Shown here: positions 14,044 to 27,664 of the stretch, piece by piece
How the letters are laid out: each line of letters opens with the position of its first letter
How positions within the stretch are numbered: the first letter of the stretch is position 1
Source of the DNA: the human T2T-CHM13v2.0 reference genome, Homo sapiens
DNA: 64,000 bases
Strand: one strand, 5' to 3'
Assembly: GCF_009914755.1 (NCBI RefSeq)
Contig: NC_060945.1
The notes under the pieces: model-generated
Told to the model about the DNA's origin: nothing
The model's database searches: none
What the model saw: the letters and a program-made list of their open reading frames with translations, nothing else
Position numbers and translations under genes: made by a program

Positions 14044-14948
14044 GTACTTACACATTTTTTACCGATATCTCTCATCTCTTTTATTTCAAGAGAAGTGGCT
14101 AATCTGAGCTCTTAGTATCCCCTTGTAACCAGTATTGTAAAGAAGAATATTTTGGCATCCACTCTTTTTTATTTAGCCCCATAAAAACTATTTCCAGCTT
14201 ATTGGCTTTTCTAGTGTTTCTGACTAATGTTATTTTGATCAAACCTGAAATGTCTACCTTCTTCTCTCATTGCTACTGTGTTGAGATCTTGGAAGAGGGT
14301 GAAAAGTGACTCATTACTTTTTCCAATTCTCTTTTAATCCTTTTAGCTTTACCTTCTTGGCCTTATGTACTCTGCTTGGCAAAGAGAAAGGAGCTTCATG
14401 TTCTGACCATTGGAAAAGAGTCTTAATATTTTTTAAATGTGCTACTATTCTCTAGGGCTATTTTGCTAGAAAGGTTTTGACAGTTGTTTGAGTTGCTCCT
14501 CTTCCTCCTGTGTTTGGGCTTAAAAATCACATGGAAGAGTACACTTGGTTAGTAATGTTCTGGTTTGGTTATGTGTGTACAGAGAAGAGGAATGGCCTGC
14601 TCCGCAGACTCAGCAAACTATTCTCTGGAAGATTCCTGGTCATTGTGGAAGTAGCTAGAATCTACCACATTCGAAGTAGCACCCTTCCCCTCTCCAAGCG
14701 CTGGTGGTCCCCCTGCTGCTTCCTGTTCTTTGGTTCTTCCCTATTCTAGTTGTGTTCCCAAGCCTTGTCTCTGTCAAACAGCTGCCTAAAATGTGGCTAA
14801 ATCTGCTAAATAAAAAGACAAGATCTTAGAGAAAGTAATTCTTTTCATGTGTGGCTTATAGACATAATTTCTATTATTTTCTTATAATCACAGGGAGTTC
14901 TCAACTTTGTCATATAAATTGTGGAAGATAATGTTGATTGTTTTATTT

Positions 14949-15098
14949 CAGGGATTGGCAGTCTTTTTCTGCAAAGGGCCAGGTAGCAAATATTTTAGGC
15001 TTTGTAGGCATCTGGTCTCTGTCACTTCTACTCAACTCTGCTGTTACAGTGTGGAAGGAGCCATAGACAGTATGTAAACAAATTAACAAGTGTGGCTG
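14949..15098 (+). mobile_element. MER58A (hAT-Charlie MITE), 5' part
   Basis: cagggattggca...aaagggccaggtagcaaatattttaggctttg...ctactcaactctgc...gccatagaca. Confidence 0.8.
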
Positions 15099-15099
15099 G

Positions 15100-15600
15100 A
15101 GTGTGTGCTAACACAGAACTTATCTAATAGTTTCTCCCTTCATTGTTTTGAAATCCAGTTTTGCTCAGCTAGTAAGTTGATGAACACATCGTCAGGGAAG
15201 TAGGTTCCTCCCTAAGCTCAAGGTGATGAATCATGACTGATTTAAACCAGTCACGCCAAGGGTCACCAGTTGCCAGTGATTGGTTTAGGGGTAATTGTAC
15301 ATCTTATTTCAGGCTGTTAAAACATAAAAGGAAATCCGATGGGTCCTTCTGGTTTATGTTATGTGGGAGAAGTCCACATAAGGAAAGCAGGTCTTTAGGC
15401 AGCTACATCAAGAGGATGTGACTATATCACATCTATTATCACAGGATGATAATAGCAATGATTTGTGTGAACTTCAAGTAACTCGTCATGACATCTCCCA
15501 AACTGCAGCACACATTAGTACCACCTTTATTTTTGGTAGAGATTTTTATATTGAAGAATGAATATTTTTTATTTTTTAAGCAATCACAACTCACAGCAAA
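15100..15600 (+). mobile_element. Old MaLR LTR fragment (MLT1I/J/K-like)
   Basis: gccagtgattggtttaggg motif; highly diverged. Confidence 0.35.
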
Positions 15601-17205
15601 GATAAACCTTATGTCTTTGGAAACTTAATTAAAAATGCCATAAAACCATAAATATTTTAAAATGCTATCTTTTGAAAAGATATCATTGCAAAATAACTAA
15701 ACACTTCTTTCAAAATCTCTTGGGAGTACAGCACTTCCATTTAATGTAGTTTATATGTATGATTTTTTTAAGATTGAAGAGAAACGATAGAATACAATTT
15801 AATTAAAAAGTTGGGGACTTGGGGGAGAATTTGTAGGTTTTATAGAAGTTTAATGTACTTATGCACACACACACAATATTCTTTTTTTAGAAATGGATAC
15901 AGTACAACCCATATTGAGTCATTTATGAGGTGTGAGGTCACATAAGCCAGCCTTCAAATATTCATATTTATGAAAATTATTTCCTTCTCCATGATTCCTT
16001 CGTTATATGAAAAGTGTTACTATACATTTTACACTGTATACATTTACACTGTACACATTTCATTGTGTCTTGAAACTCCATACAAGTAGGCAGTTTAGTT
16101 GCTGATATAAGAAATCTTTCTATTAACCCAGAAGTATATTTGTCTTTCCACTTATTATCAACATTCAAATGGAAATTTATTTCAAATATACCCCACATTT
16201 GAATCTTAATTCAAAATATTGGCTGTCAAAAAAAAAAAAAAAGGTCTGATGGAGCCCTTTTTTTAAACTTGTTTGCTAACCATGGGATAAAGATACCAGT
16301 TTGGCTGTTTTGCCTGGAGTAGCTTTGCCCTTAAGAACTGGCCTTCCTGCTTTCTAATTAGAGAACTTACTTTTTCCCTTGCTGAACATTCTGTTTGAAT
16401 TTGTTTTCCTGTCCTGTTTAAATTCTTTCTGATTTGTAAAAGTAAAACATAACCATCAGAGGTAGGTTTTGGATTAGGCTTTAATGACATTTGAAGGGAA
16501 AAACAAAAGGAAAACTGTGCTTTTCAGATGAATCACTCTCTTGCCTTCTTTTAATACTATTCCATCTGACAATAATTGGCAGGCGTGAGCAGTCTCAGGA
16601 AAAGGGGGCTCACACTGAATGGACCATCCTCACACACACACTCCTGATGCCTAATCGCTGTTTCTCCATGAGATGAAAGCGACTGACTGTCCTTGAGAAA
16701 TACACACAATTGCTCTTGTAGCACTGGTAGTCAGGGCAATGGATGTCATAGAGTCCTCATAACCGTATCTATCAAATATTTACAAGAAATTTGGGGGGGT
16801 TCTTTTTTAAAGGAAGGAACCTCATGGGTCTGTCTATGTGAACATCCTTCTTTTGCATGTAGAGAACACCCAAGGCATAGTCTTTCAACTTTCCAGAGCT
16901 GTTTTAACTCTCTGCAGTCTAAATAGGCAAGAGGAGTCTCAAACTTCTATATGTCAAGCTACATCTCAATGATAATATCAAATTAATTTCACATATCAAA
17001 ACATTTAAAGTTCCTTGAGGAGAATTGCACCTGTCTTGTAAAAGTTAATTTGACTAAGTGGCCTATGTGGCTGTCCAATAAGTTAAGTTGTCCTTTGATA
17101 GGACACTGGCTAACTGGGATGAGTCAATGCCTTAGTCAGTTCAGGCTACTATAGCAAACTACCGTAGACTGGACGGCGCATAAACAATAGAAAGGTATTT
17201 TGTAC

Positions 17206-17800
17206 TGTCAACAAAAAGAGTCAAACTCTGTAAAATATTTGAAGAGATTTATTTTGAGCCAAATATGAGTGACCATGGCCCATGACACAACCCTCAGGAG
17301 GTCGTGAGAACATGTGCCCAAGGTGGTTGAGATGCAGCTTGATTTTATACATTTTAGGGAGATATGAGATTTCAATCAAATACATTAAAGAAATATATTG
17401 GTTTGGTCCAGAAAGTTGGGACAACTTGAAGCAGGGGCTTCCAGGTTATAGGTAGATTTAAAAATTTTCTGGCTGACAATTGGTTGAGTTTATCTAATGA
17501 CCTGGGATCAATAGAAAGGAAACGTCTGGGTTAAGATAAAAGATTGTGGAGACCAAAGTTCTTATTGTACATAGGAAGCCTTCAGGTAGCAGGCCTCAGA
17601 GAGGATGGATTGTAAATGCTTCTTAACAGGCTAAGGTCTGTGTTGCTGTTAATGCTGGAGAGGTATAGTGAGGCATGTCTGACCCCACTCCCCACTATGG
17701 CCTGAACCAGTCTCTCAGGTTAAATTGTAAGAGTGCCCTGGCCAAGGAGAAAGTCCATTCAGATAGTTGGGAAGCCTTAGAATTTCATTTTTGGTTTGCA
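17206..17800 (-). mobile_element. ERV1 solo LTR, MER4 family (MER4B-like)
   Basis: tgtcaacaaaaagagtcaaactctgtaaaatatttgaagagattt...ttagaatttcatttttggtttgca; exact 4-bp TSD GTAC (17202-17205 / 17801-17804). Confidence 0.85.
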
Positions 17801-18006
17801 GTACAGTTCCGGAGGCCGGTATCCCAAGATCACAATGCCATCACGATTGGGTTCTGCTGATGGGCCTTTTCTGGGTTGCAGATTGATGACAACTCATTGC
17901 ACTTTCATGCGGGAAAGAGGGGGCCAGGGAGCTCTCTGATGTCCCTTGTATAAGGGCACTGCTCCCATTCAGGGGAACTCCACCTGCGTGACCTAATTAC
18001 CTCCTA

Positions 18007-19227
18007 TGATACGCATACACTGTTCCTGGCTCATAACTGCCACACCCTTATTATTTCTCCCCAAGACAGGCCATAGAAACTAAAAATGTATTCTAATCAT
18101 TTTCACCTTTCTGTCTTGGGACTGGCCATAAAGAAATTCTCTGACCTGGCCGGCATGGTGGCTCACTTCTGTAATCCCAGCACTTTGGGAGGCCGAGGCG
18201 GGTGGATCATGAGGTCAGGAGTTCAAGACCAGCCTGGCCAAGATGGTGAAACCCCATCTCTACCAAAAATTCAAAAATTAGCTGGGCATGATGGCAGGCA
18301 CCTGTAATCCTAGCTACTCAGGAGGCTGAGGCAGCAAATTGCTTGAACCTGGGAGATGGAGCTTGCAGTGAGCCGAGATCGCACCACTGCACTCCAGACT
18401 GGGCGACAGAGCGAGACTCTGTGTCAAAAAAAAAAAAAAAAAAAAAAAAAAGAAAGAAATTCTCTGACCTACCTTGTCTTATGGTAGGTCATAAGATTCC
18501 CCATTTCAGAAATTCTTCCTCATATCCAGGAGGAAGACATGCTGCACAGAGAGGCCAAGAAGAATCTGAACAGACAGGCCTTGCCGGGTTTCCCGCTTAG
18601 CCTAGTATTAGATCATACTCTTTTTATCCAGTCACGTTTGTACACAGTTGTCCATGCTGCAGTCATGCCTATCCAGCAAAGTTTCCCTAAAAGGCCCAAA
18701 AGATAGTGTTCAGAGGGCTTCTATATAGCTGGACACACAGAGGTTCCTAGAGCATGTCATGCCCAGGGAAGGCATGAAAGCTCTCCACCCCTTCCTCCAT
18801 AACTCACCCTTACATCTCCTCATCTGTATCCTTTGTAATATTCTTTACAGTAAACTGGTAAATGTGTTTCCCTGAGTTATGTGAGACACTTTAGCAATTT
18901 AATCAAATCCAAAAAACGGGTCATGAGAACTCCAGTTTTAAAATGGTCGATCAGAAGTTCTGGAGGTCCCGAATTACAACTGATATCGGCAGACGGGGAA
19001 TAGTCATGTGGGACTGAGCCCTCAGTCTGTGGGATTTGATGCTATTTCTAGGTAGATAGTATCAAAACTGAATTGGAGGACACCCAGCTGGGGTCCACTA
19101 CAGAAGTGATTGCTTGCTTGGTATGTGGAGAAAATGCTCCATACATTTGGTCACTGAAGTCTTCTGTGTTGACTGTTGTGGTTGAGAGCAGAGGAAAAAC
19201 AGTTTGAGGTTTTTTCTTCAGCTCACA
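18007..19227 (+). mobile_element. MER21A-like solo LTR, interrupted by an Alu
   Basis: tga...aca ends; internal gggactgagccctca...aggtagatagt...gaattggaggacacccagctgg...gagagcagaggaaaaacagttt. Confidence 0.8.
18148..18452 (+). mobile_element. AluS (Sg-like)
   Basis: Full Alu, A tail, exact 18-bp TSD aaagaaattctctgacct (18130-18147 / 18453-18470). Confidence 0.95.
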
Positions 19228-19330
19228 CCTCCAAATGCCTTACCTTCTAATACCATCACATTGAGGGTTAGGATTTTAACATGTGGTTTTGAGGGGATAC
19301 ATTCAGTCCATGTTAGGCAATATGTATATA

Positions 19331-19334
<4 letters not shown>

Positions 19335-19372
<38 letters not shown>

Positions 19373-19382
19373 TGTGTGTGTG
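19335..19382. repeat. (TG)n microsatellite
   Basis: ~24 TG units with one interruption. Confidence 0.95.
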
Positions 19383-19636
19383 AATTTGTGTATAACCTAT
19401 CAGTATTAGAGTATAGGAATTATTTCAGTCGAGTTTAGTAAAAGAGGTTGTGGAATAGTTTGGGAAATGTTAACAATTCATTGAACAGAGAAATGTTATA
19501 TAATATGCAGAAGCACAAAGCCAAACCAGGGTTTTAGTCTGAACACCACAATTCACTGGTGGTTATGCATCTGAAGGGTGACTACTTTCTATAGTGTCAT
19601 CTACAAAATAATAGACTTGGAAGAATTGAATAAATC

Positions 19637-20163
19637 GATATTTGTTTTATATTGTTGCATATCAAATTAACTATCACAAACTTCATGGTTTAAAACACAT
19701 CTATTCATTTCCACATGGTTCTGAGGTAAGAAATCTGAGTACTGCTTAGCTGGGTCCTCAGGACCTCACGAGGCTCAACTCAAGGAGTTAGCCAGGGCTG
19801 GGTTCTCATCTGAAGCTCAGGGTCCTCTTTCAAGCTCATTGAAGTTGTTGGAATAATTTTTTCTTTGCATTTGTAAAACAGAAGTCTTTAGTCTTCCTGG
19901 CTACAGGCCAGGAGTTGTTCTCAGCTCTTAGAGGCCTTTTTCAGATCCTGGCCACATGGCTCTCTCAAAACATGGCAGTTACTTCTTCAAAGCCAACAGG
20001 AAAATCCAACTCCAGTTTGCTAAGATGAATCTTACATGATATAACATAACCAAGAGAGCAGCTATCCCACCATGTTCAGATCCCTCAAGAAGAAGGATCG
20101 TTCATGGTATATGCACCAGGGAGTGGGGATCTTCTGGACCATCTTAGAATTCTGCCCACTATA
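19637..20163 (-). mobile_element. MLT1E-family MaLR LTR
   Basis: cttagctgggtcctc...ttctcatctgaagctcagggtcctctttcaagctcatt...catcttagaattctgcccac. Confidence 0.7.
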
Positions 20164-20400
20164 TGAACATAGCTAGATTTGTGTTGCCAGCCTATAACTA
20201 TTAGACTCCAAATAAATCTTCTGACAGAAGTTAAGAGAAGGAATAGCCACCATCATCAGCAAAGATGTAAAGCCTTGATTTGGGACTATCTCATGGTCTT
20301 GACATGTCTTAGAGATTTCTATTATTTGTCTTGTTAAGTGTCCTCTTGAATGCAGCAGCCTAGACATAACTGGTTAATTATCATTATGATCAATACACTC

Positions 20401-22079
20401 TATATTAGTTTCTATCGCTGCCATAATAAATTATAACAAACTCCAACAGCTTGAAAAACCCCACCTGTTTATTGTCTAAGAGTTTAGTAGGCCAGAAATC
20501 CAGGCACAGCTTAGCTCAGCTGATTTTCTGCTCTGAGTTTCATGCAGCCAAAATCAAGGTGTCAGCAGAGCTGATTTCCTGTCTGGAGGCTCTGGGGATA
20601 AGTCCACCTCAGAGCTCATTCAGAATGTTGGCAGGATTCCGTTCCATGTGACTGTAGGACTGAGGGCCCCTTCTCCTTGTTGGCTATAGGCTGAGGGTTT
20701 ATTTTTAGATCCCAGAAGCTGTCAAATTTCCTGGCTCATGGTCACTTTTCTCCATCTTCAAAACCTGAAATGACAGGATGAGTCATTCTTATGCTTCAAA
20801 TATCTTTGACCTCCCTTTTTGCCTCGTAACTTCTCTGTCTCCCTCTCCTGCTGTATCTCTTTTAATGGCTCTTCTGCCTTTTTCCCTGCTTTTAAGGACT
20901 TACATGATTATATCGAGTTCATCTGGGTAAATCTATAATAATTTCTCTATTTTAAGGGCATCAAACTAAGCCACCCCCAAAATATGCCACTTTGGCATAA
21001 GGATTATTTTGAGCTGAAAGCAGTTGAAAATCAACTGATAGAGAAAGAGTTCTTTCTCACCCTCTTATCTGCCTAAAAGCAGGACTATGTTTTATATATA
21101 TATACATATATATTTACCCTTTTCTATGAATAATATTAAGATACCATAACTACTAAAACAGATTTCCTCTAAAATATCAGTGGCTTAACATGATAGAATC
21201 TTATTTCTCTCTCAGGAGGGGATTGCCAGTGGTGGGATGGGGTTCAGGTGGGGCAGTGCAGTGACACTCTGCTTCACGTAGTCATTCAGTGCAGTGCCAC
21301 TAACACCTCTTACTGGAGTTTCTTGGCCATCGACCTCCAGCCAGAAGGAAGAGAGAGAGGGATGGCAAGTGAGATGTTTATGTGTCTCAGACCACAAGAT
21401 AGTGAATATAATTTCCCTTTATACTAGAAAATGTAATTTAGCTATGTGCCCAGCCTGGAGAGGAAACAGGTTTAATTGCACATAATTTTATTCGGTATAG
21501 GAAATATGTATGTAAACAGGCTTATGTATTATACATATTTTGTAATATTGTTTATTTACTCAGCAATATATCTCAAAGTTTTACTTCTTATTTATATCAT
21601 TGTTATTTGACTACATCTTTTTTTTAGGAAGATGTCCCCACTCCTCACACCTGTAACAGGGACACAAGAACTCTTATCATCAAAGATGGGAGCTGACACC
21701 AGGATTAGTTTGCATGAACAGATCTTATCTTCCTCTAGTTCAAATTTAGTCCTTAGCTTTCATTAGTTTCCCCGTATGTTTCCTAGTTGCTTCTCCGCAA
21801 TTTATCATTCATGTAAATATTAATAAAATGGTGTGCCTTTTCTTCTGTTAATCCATCTAATTTTAGTTTAATTCAAAAGCCCCCAGATACAGAATTCAGA
21901 GGATAGAGGAAAAATTTTTCTGTCTCAAAAAAAGGTTACCTGTTTAATTATCATAATTCCATCTGCCGTCCTAAATTCTAGAACTTCCCTTCATAGAAAT
22001 ACTCAGATTAACATTTGATTGAATAACTAAAGGAAGGAAATCTTGGGGAAGCAGCATCTTTAGAATTCTTCCTACTACA
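20401..22079 (-). mobile_element. MLT1E-family LTR split by MER34 (20401-20958, ~21935-22079)
   Basis: tatattagtttctatcgctgcc...ctattttaagg, resuming ...aattccatctgc...tttagaattcttcctactaca. Confidence 0.7.
20960..21930 (+). mobile_element. MER34-family ERV1 LTR with an internal ~530-bp foreign insert
   Basis: 5' gccacccccaaaatatgccactttggcataaggattattttgagctgaa; 3' aataaaatggtgtgccttttcttctgttaatc...agaggatagaggaaaaatttttc. Confidence 0.7.
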
Positions 22080-23639
22080 GCTTCCTAAAATTAATGAACA
22101 AATGTTTATGGTGTGTTCTGTAAGTGTATTTAATGTTATGCATTAAATATGGGTGACAACAAAATGAGAATGATGGGTTCACTGCTCTCTAACAGCTTAA
22201 AGTTGGTAGGAGAAAATTTCAAGTCTGTATAAGATGATGGAGATATGTAGAGATCGTATCTGGGAAGGCTGAGAGAAGCAGATGGAATAATAATAGTGGA
22301 CAGGCACAAGGTCATCACCATGTAGGGCATAGCTTGGTTGTGACCTGAAAGACAAACTTGAATTAATGCCACAGGGAATTAGGGAATTGAGCGGGGCTTC
22401 TAGCAAATCTGTACTGTAAATTAGCTTATAATATAGGGTTAGACAGACATATTTATTCATCCTGTTAGTACTAGAGGTGGCTATTTTTTCATATCTTTGT
22501 TTCCCATCATAATTGGGAAACAAATGAGAGATGTGTAAAAGTCAGGTTGAAGAAAGCAAAGTGTCACTGATATTCCTGATAAATCTGATATAAGAAAACA
22601 GGCTAACAGGTCAGCCTTACCCAATCCCAGTCCCCAACGTTGCCAAGCCCTCAGTTCTCCCTTGAAAGAACCTGTCCTTGCAAACTCAATGGCATGGAGG
22701 AACCCAGAATTCATGTGCCTTGTGGATTCATTGTTTCCCTCCAAAGTTTCTTACAAATTACCCTCTGGAGAGAAGGAAATGAATAGATGGTGCAACAGGC
22801 CTACAGTGAAATATGAGCTAGGAAAGAAGAGGTTCTTCCCTCTAATTCTGCAAACTTGTGGCTTCAAGTAGAGAGAACAGTATTCACTCTCAACACATCT
22901 TCCAAGAAGAATGTGAATTCAAATATGACAAAACAGAGGGCAGAATTTCGAGGTTGTTAGAGAAACTTTGTGGTAGAAATACAAGGCCATTGAGTTTAGC
23001 TAAATCATGTTATTTATATAACACTTTAGTCAGGAAGTGGTTTCTCTCACTGAGGTTATCAGCATTAGAAAGGCAGTCACGGAAACAATAACCCTGAATG
23101 GAATGTTGTTTTGAAAGGGAGGCTTTAGACAGCAGGTCCTTCAGTCTAGTGAGGAGGCTACTGATTTAATTCTAGTCTTTTGCAGTCTAGCATAAATTGC
23201 TAAGCAATGCTAGATAAAGGCCACTTACAGTAAATAGCTTTAAAGTCTCAGGGTCATCATTTTGCTAAAAGGAAATCCTGGAACCAAGCAATTTAAAGGC
23301 CCTGTGGACATGGAATACTTATACTCAAGTCAGAAGCCAAGTGCTACTGCTGTTTAACTGTCTGTAGTGTGAGATACTCAACAGCAATGGGAAATTCTCT
23401 GCTGAAGTATGACCTGACGTATTTCTTTTGACCTTGGACGTGGGTAGAAAGGAAAATCAAAGTGACTTGCCCTACCTGGGATAATTTTTTGATGAAAATT
23501 TTTCTGAAGAAATTTTGCACGGGTAAAAAGATACTCTTAAAGGCAACTTACGTTCAATCAATTGATCTTGGAAAGAAGAAAAGTAGCTACAGTTGAAAAT
23601 TAGCATTGGCCTACAGATTCAGGATTTAAAAGTTTTATT

Positions 23640-23850
23640 TTATTTTTTCAGTGTGATTCAATCTCACTTGTTCATTTTCGTTTTTGTTGGCTGTTGACTT
23701 TTGGAGTCACATTCAAGGAATCTTTGCCCAGCCCAATGTCGTGAAGTATACATGAATACAAACATATATACACACATATATAGTTATCATTTGTCAATTA
23801 AAAATAAAATTTAAAAATTAACGTTTTAAAAAATAATTTTAAAAAATAAA
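23640..23850. mobile_element. Short L1M fragment(s): antisense ORF2 piece plus sense 3' end
   Basis: ...gaatctttgcccagcccaatgtcgtgaag (antisense ORF2), then atcatttgtcaattaaaaataaaa (L1MA-type 3' end). Confidence 0.5.
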
Positions 23851-24019
23851 AATGATCGTTCATATAACTGTCAATGCAAAATTTGGAGGAACCTGATTTT
23901 AAAGTCTACTTTCTGGGTCAATACGATATCAATTAAGCTCAATATTGCTTATGGGTTTGTTGCTGTTATTCCTGTTAAATTTAATATGAACATCAAATTA
24001 AAATATGTTTGCTTATGGT

Positions 24020-24602
24020 GAGCCTGTTTCTTCCACGACGATTGCCATGAAACAAACCAACCCAAACTTGGGGGCATAAAAAGAGCTTTAATTGTGCTCA
24101 TTGCTTCTGTGGGTCAGGAGTTTCTGAAACGGACAGTGGGCATGGCTCTTCTCTGCTCTACATGTCTGGGCCTTCAGTTAGAAGATTCGATAGCTAGGAG
24201 GGAAGTCTGGGTCCTAGTGTCATCTGATACTTGTTCACTCTCATGTTGATCCTTGGCTGGCAAGACCCAGAGTCTAGGAGTGACAGCAAGTATGCCTATC
24301 CTTGCCCTCTCTGAGTGGCTTAAGTTCCTCACAACATGGCAGCTTACATGCAAGTTCAAAGTTCCAAGTTTAAGTGTTGCGGCGAAGAAGGCAGAAGTTA
24401 CCTTAGAAGCTATGTGGTACCACTCCCTTCATTGTCACCCCTTCTGTTGATTACAGGCGAGTCACACACCTGCTTACATGCACAGGGACTGTGTTCATAT
24501 ACACCTCTCAGTTGGAGGAGTGCCAAGTTTAGCTTGCAGAAGCAAGGATCTGTGAGATGGAAGATACGTTGTGGGTATCTCTGGAAACACAATCTGTCAT
24601 GA
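24020..24602 (-). mobile_element. MLT1F-like MaLR LTR
   Basis: ttctgtgggtcaggagttt...ctctgctctacatgtctgggcc...ggaaacacaatctgtc terminus. Confidence 0.7.
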
Positions 24603-25763
24603 TGTTTATGGTGTATTTATTTATTATCCAATTGAGAGTATCTTCCTAACTACCATCAATATTGCCATTATTACCGTTATGCACTTGGTAACTATACAGA
24701 AAAACATTTTTATTTGTGGTCAAAAAAGAAATGAGATTACATATTCTGATAACAGTGATGAGAAGAACAAATGTTAAATTGAAAAGTGCAATGACACTGT
24801 TGTTATTTAGTTCACTCGTAACATTATAGATATATTCCATTTGTACATATTCTCCATGAAGGCTTTATTTCTCTTCATTAAGGCAGGTTGTGTCAGCCAA
24901 ACAGCAGATGGCCTAACCATAATGCCTTTAGGCAGATGTTCTCATTTGGGTCATAACATGTGAGCAAAAAATGCCATATTCCAAACTGTCTCATCATCTC
25001 TAGTAATTACTGGATAACATCCAATGTTTACACAAGTCTTTTATAGCTGTGTATTATATTGGCTAGACCTAAGTACTGAAGGCTTGGTTTATAGTAACAC
25101 TATTTTGCTAAATTTTGGGATAGATTATACAACTCTATTCAATTTGACATATACCAAATGGTCATAATCTATATAATATAATCTAGGCATAGGATTAATA
25201 CAATAATTATTAATTCTAACTTTCTGGGTTTACCATTTTTAAAGACGATATTGCCAAAATAGATAAAAAACTGAAAATAAATCTATTCCAGAAAAGAAGT
25301 AAAAAAAAAGGAGACAGAAAAGGAAAGGCAATAATAAATTGGGCAATAAGAAACATTAAGATGGTTTTATAGCGTGCTTTGAGGATTCATTTCAATCTTG
25401 CAAGATTCCAAAAGGTTTTTTTTTTTTTTTTAATTCAGGTGCTTGCCATTAGTGGAACTTCTAGGACACTAGAAGCAAGCTGTTTTGAGTAGTTGTAGTG
25501 AAAATGGAAGACAATTACTGCATTTCATGAACAAGAAAAATATTCAGAGCCTGGTATACAATAGGTTTTGTGCAGATCATTTTTTCTCTTTCAATCTTGA
25601 GTACTATTAAATCATTCATCCTTTCTTTAGTCAAACTTCAGTTTTATGAAGATGGCCCCTTTTAGCATCTGCCTGAAACTTTAAAAGTGGTAACAGAAGG
25701 TGCTTCACATAAAAAGTCATTATTGATGTTGCTTTGCGAGGTGTAACACAGAAGCATAGATTA

Positions 25764-26242
<479 letters not shown>

Positions 26243-26409
26243 TCAATTTTCTTAGTGTATTGTGCATGTAGGCAAATAAAAATGTGCCATATATCACAAG
26301 TAGATTCGGTTTTTACCAACATTTGACAGCACTTTCTGGTTTTTGTTTTCAGTGGAATTCCTTAAATGTGACTCCATTAACCAGACAGTTAATACATTTT
26401 AGTTTGGAG

Positions 26410-26602
26410 CAGTGGTTCTTAAATGCAGACACTTTTTACCCCGGGGATATTTGGCACTATCTGGAGACATTTTTGTCACCAGCTTGTGGGTAGAGGCCAG
26501 GGAGGCTGCCACACAATGCAATGCACAGGACAAGAAAGGCCTCCCGCCAACAAAGAATTATCCAGCACAAAATGTCAATATCATCAAGGTTGACAAACCC
26601 TG
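26410..26602 (+). mobile_element. MER20 (hAT-Charlie MITE)
   Basis: cagtggttctt...ctggagacattttt...aaagaattatccagcacaaaatgtcaata...gttgacaaaccctg. Confidence 0.85.
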
Positions 26603-26939
26603 GCATAAGGTAAGAAAACTTTCAAAGTATGTTTAAACACAAACGTTTGGCAGAGATTTAACTGGTATATAAAGTTGCAAATAGTGATGATTTAATATGG
26701 GAACTATTTTGTTCCCCTCCACCACTATTAATTGAAAAGTTTTCTGCTGTTTGAGATTTTTTTTTCTAAAGATGCGGTATTAAATATTGAAACCCTCAGT
26801 TTTATAGGAGAACTTGAAATATTATTGGAGTGAATTTGTTATACGAACTCATGACTTAATTGTCAAAAAAGGAAAGAATTTAAAAACAAGCTGATGATTT
26901 TCGAGAACCTTCTACATTTGCGGATTGTGTTTAGTATTT

Positions 26940-27433
26940 TGGGAAGCAGAATCATTCCCCAACCTTGCCCATGCCCTAATCCTCAGAACCTGTGAATACT
27001 ACTTTAAATGGCCAAAGGGGCTTTGCAGGTGTGATTGGTTTTAAGGACTTTGGGATACAAATGATCTATAAGTGGGCCAAATCTAACCATGTGAGTCCTT
27101 AAAAATGGAGCACTTTTCCCAGCTGTGGTCAGAGAATCAGATAGATGGCAGCATGAGAAGGATTCGACCTGCTGGTGCTGTTGGCTTTGAAGACAGAGGA
27201 AGAGGACCATGAGCCAAGGACTATGGGCAGCCTCTAGAACACAGAAAAGGCAAGGAACTGGATTCTAAGAGTCTTCGGAAAGGAACACATTTTTGCTAAC
27301 ACTTTGCTTTTAACCTGAAAAGATCCTCATCAGAATGTAGATCTAGATAGCTGTAAGATATAAAAATGTTTGTGTTCTTTTAAACTATTAAATTTGTGAT
27401 AATCTGTTATAGTAGCAACAGTAAACTCATACA
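26940..27433 (+). mobile_element. MLT1D/E-family MaLR LTR
   Basis: ccctaatcctcagaacctgtgaata...ctttgcaggtgtgatt...cagcctctagaa...aaactcataca. Confidence 0.75.
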
Positions 27434-27439
27434 AGTATT

Positions 27440-27620
27440 TATTGCATATCTCATTTAATCCTTTCAACAATCTTAGAAGAAAGGAACTATCATTTTCTTT
27501 AAATCACAGATGGGAAATTAATGTCTGGAGAGATAAAGTGATCTACACAGGGTTACATAACTGGTAAGTTAAGGGACAAGGTCTCAAAGGAAGAAGAATT
27601 TAAAAACCAGTGCTCTTAGA
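27440..27620 (-). mobile_element. MIR SINE
   Basis: tatctcatttaatcct...acagatgggaaattaa...gggttacataactggtaagt. Confidence 0.7.
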
Positions 27621-27664
27621 ACTGATCCCTAAATTATTTTGGGGGTAAAAGAGTATTATTCCTT

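Larger units (their letters stand above)
17128..19315 (-). mobile_element. MLT1A0-like MaLR LTR split into three pieces (17128-17205, 17801-18006, 19228-19315)
   Basis: Pieces are collinear: ...atagcaaactaccgtagactgg / cagttccggaggc...gacctaattacctcc / ttctaataccatcacattgagggttaggatttt. Confidence 0.8.

Noticed and set aside
14600-14735. GC-richer patch with GLI/ZIC/ETS/CTCF-like words
   Set aside because: Mostly partial or short matches, with no independent support
16020-16065. Short tandem duplications (also ~9772, ~32021, ~40302)
   Set aside because: Ordinary slippage products with no further structure
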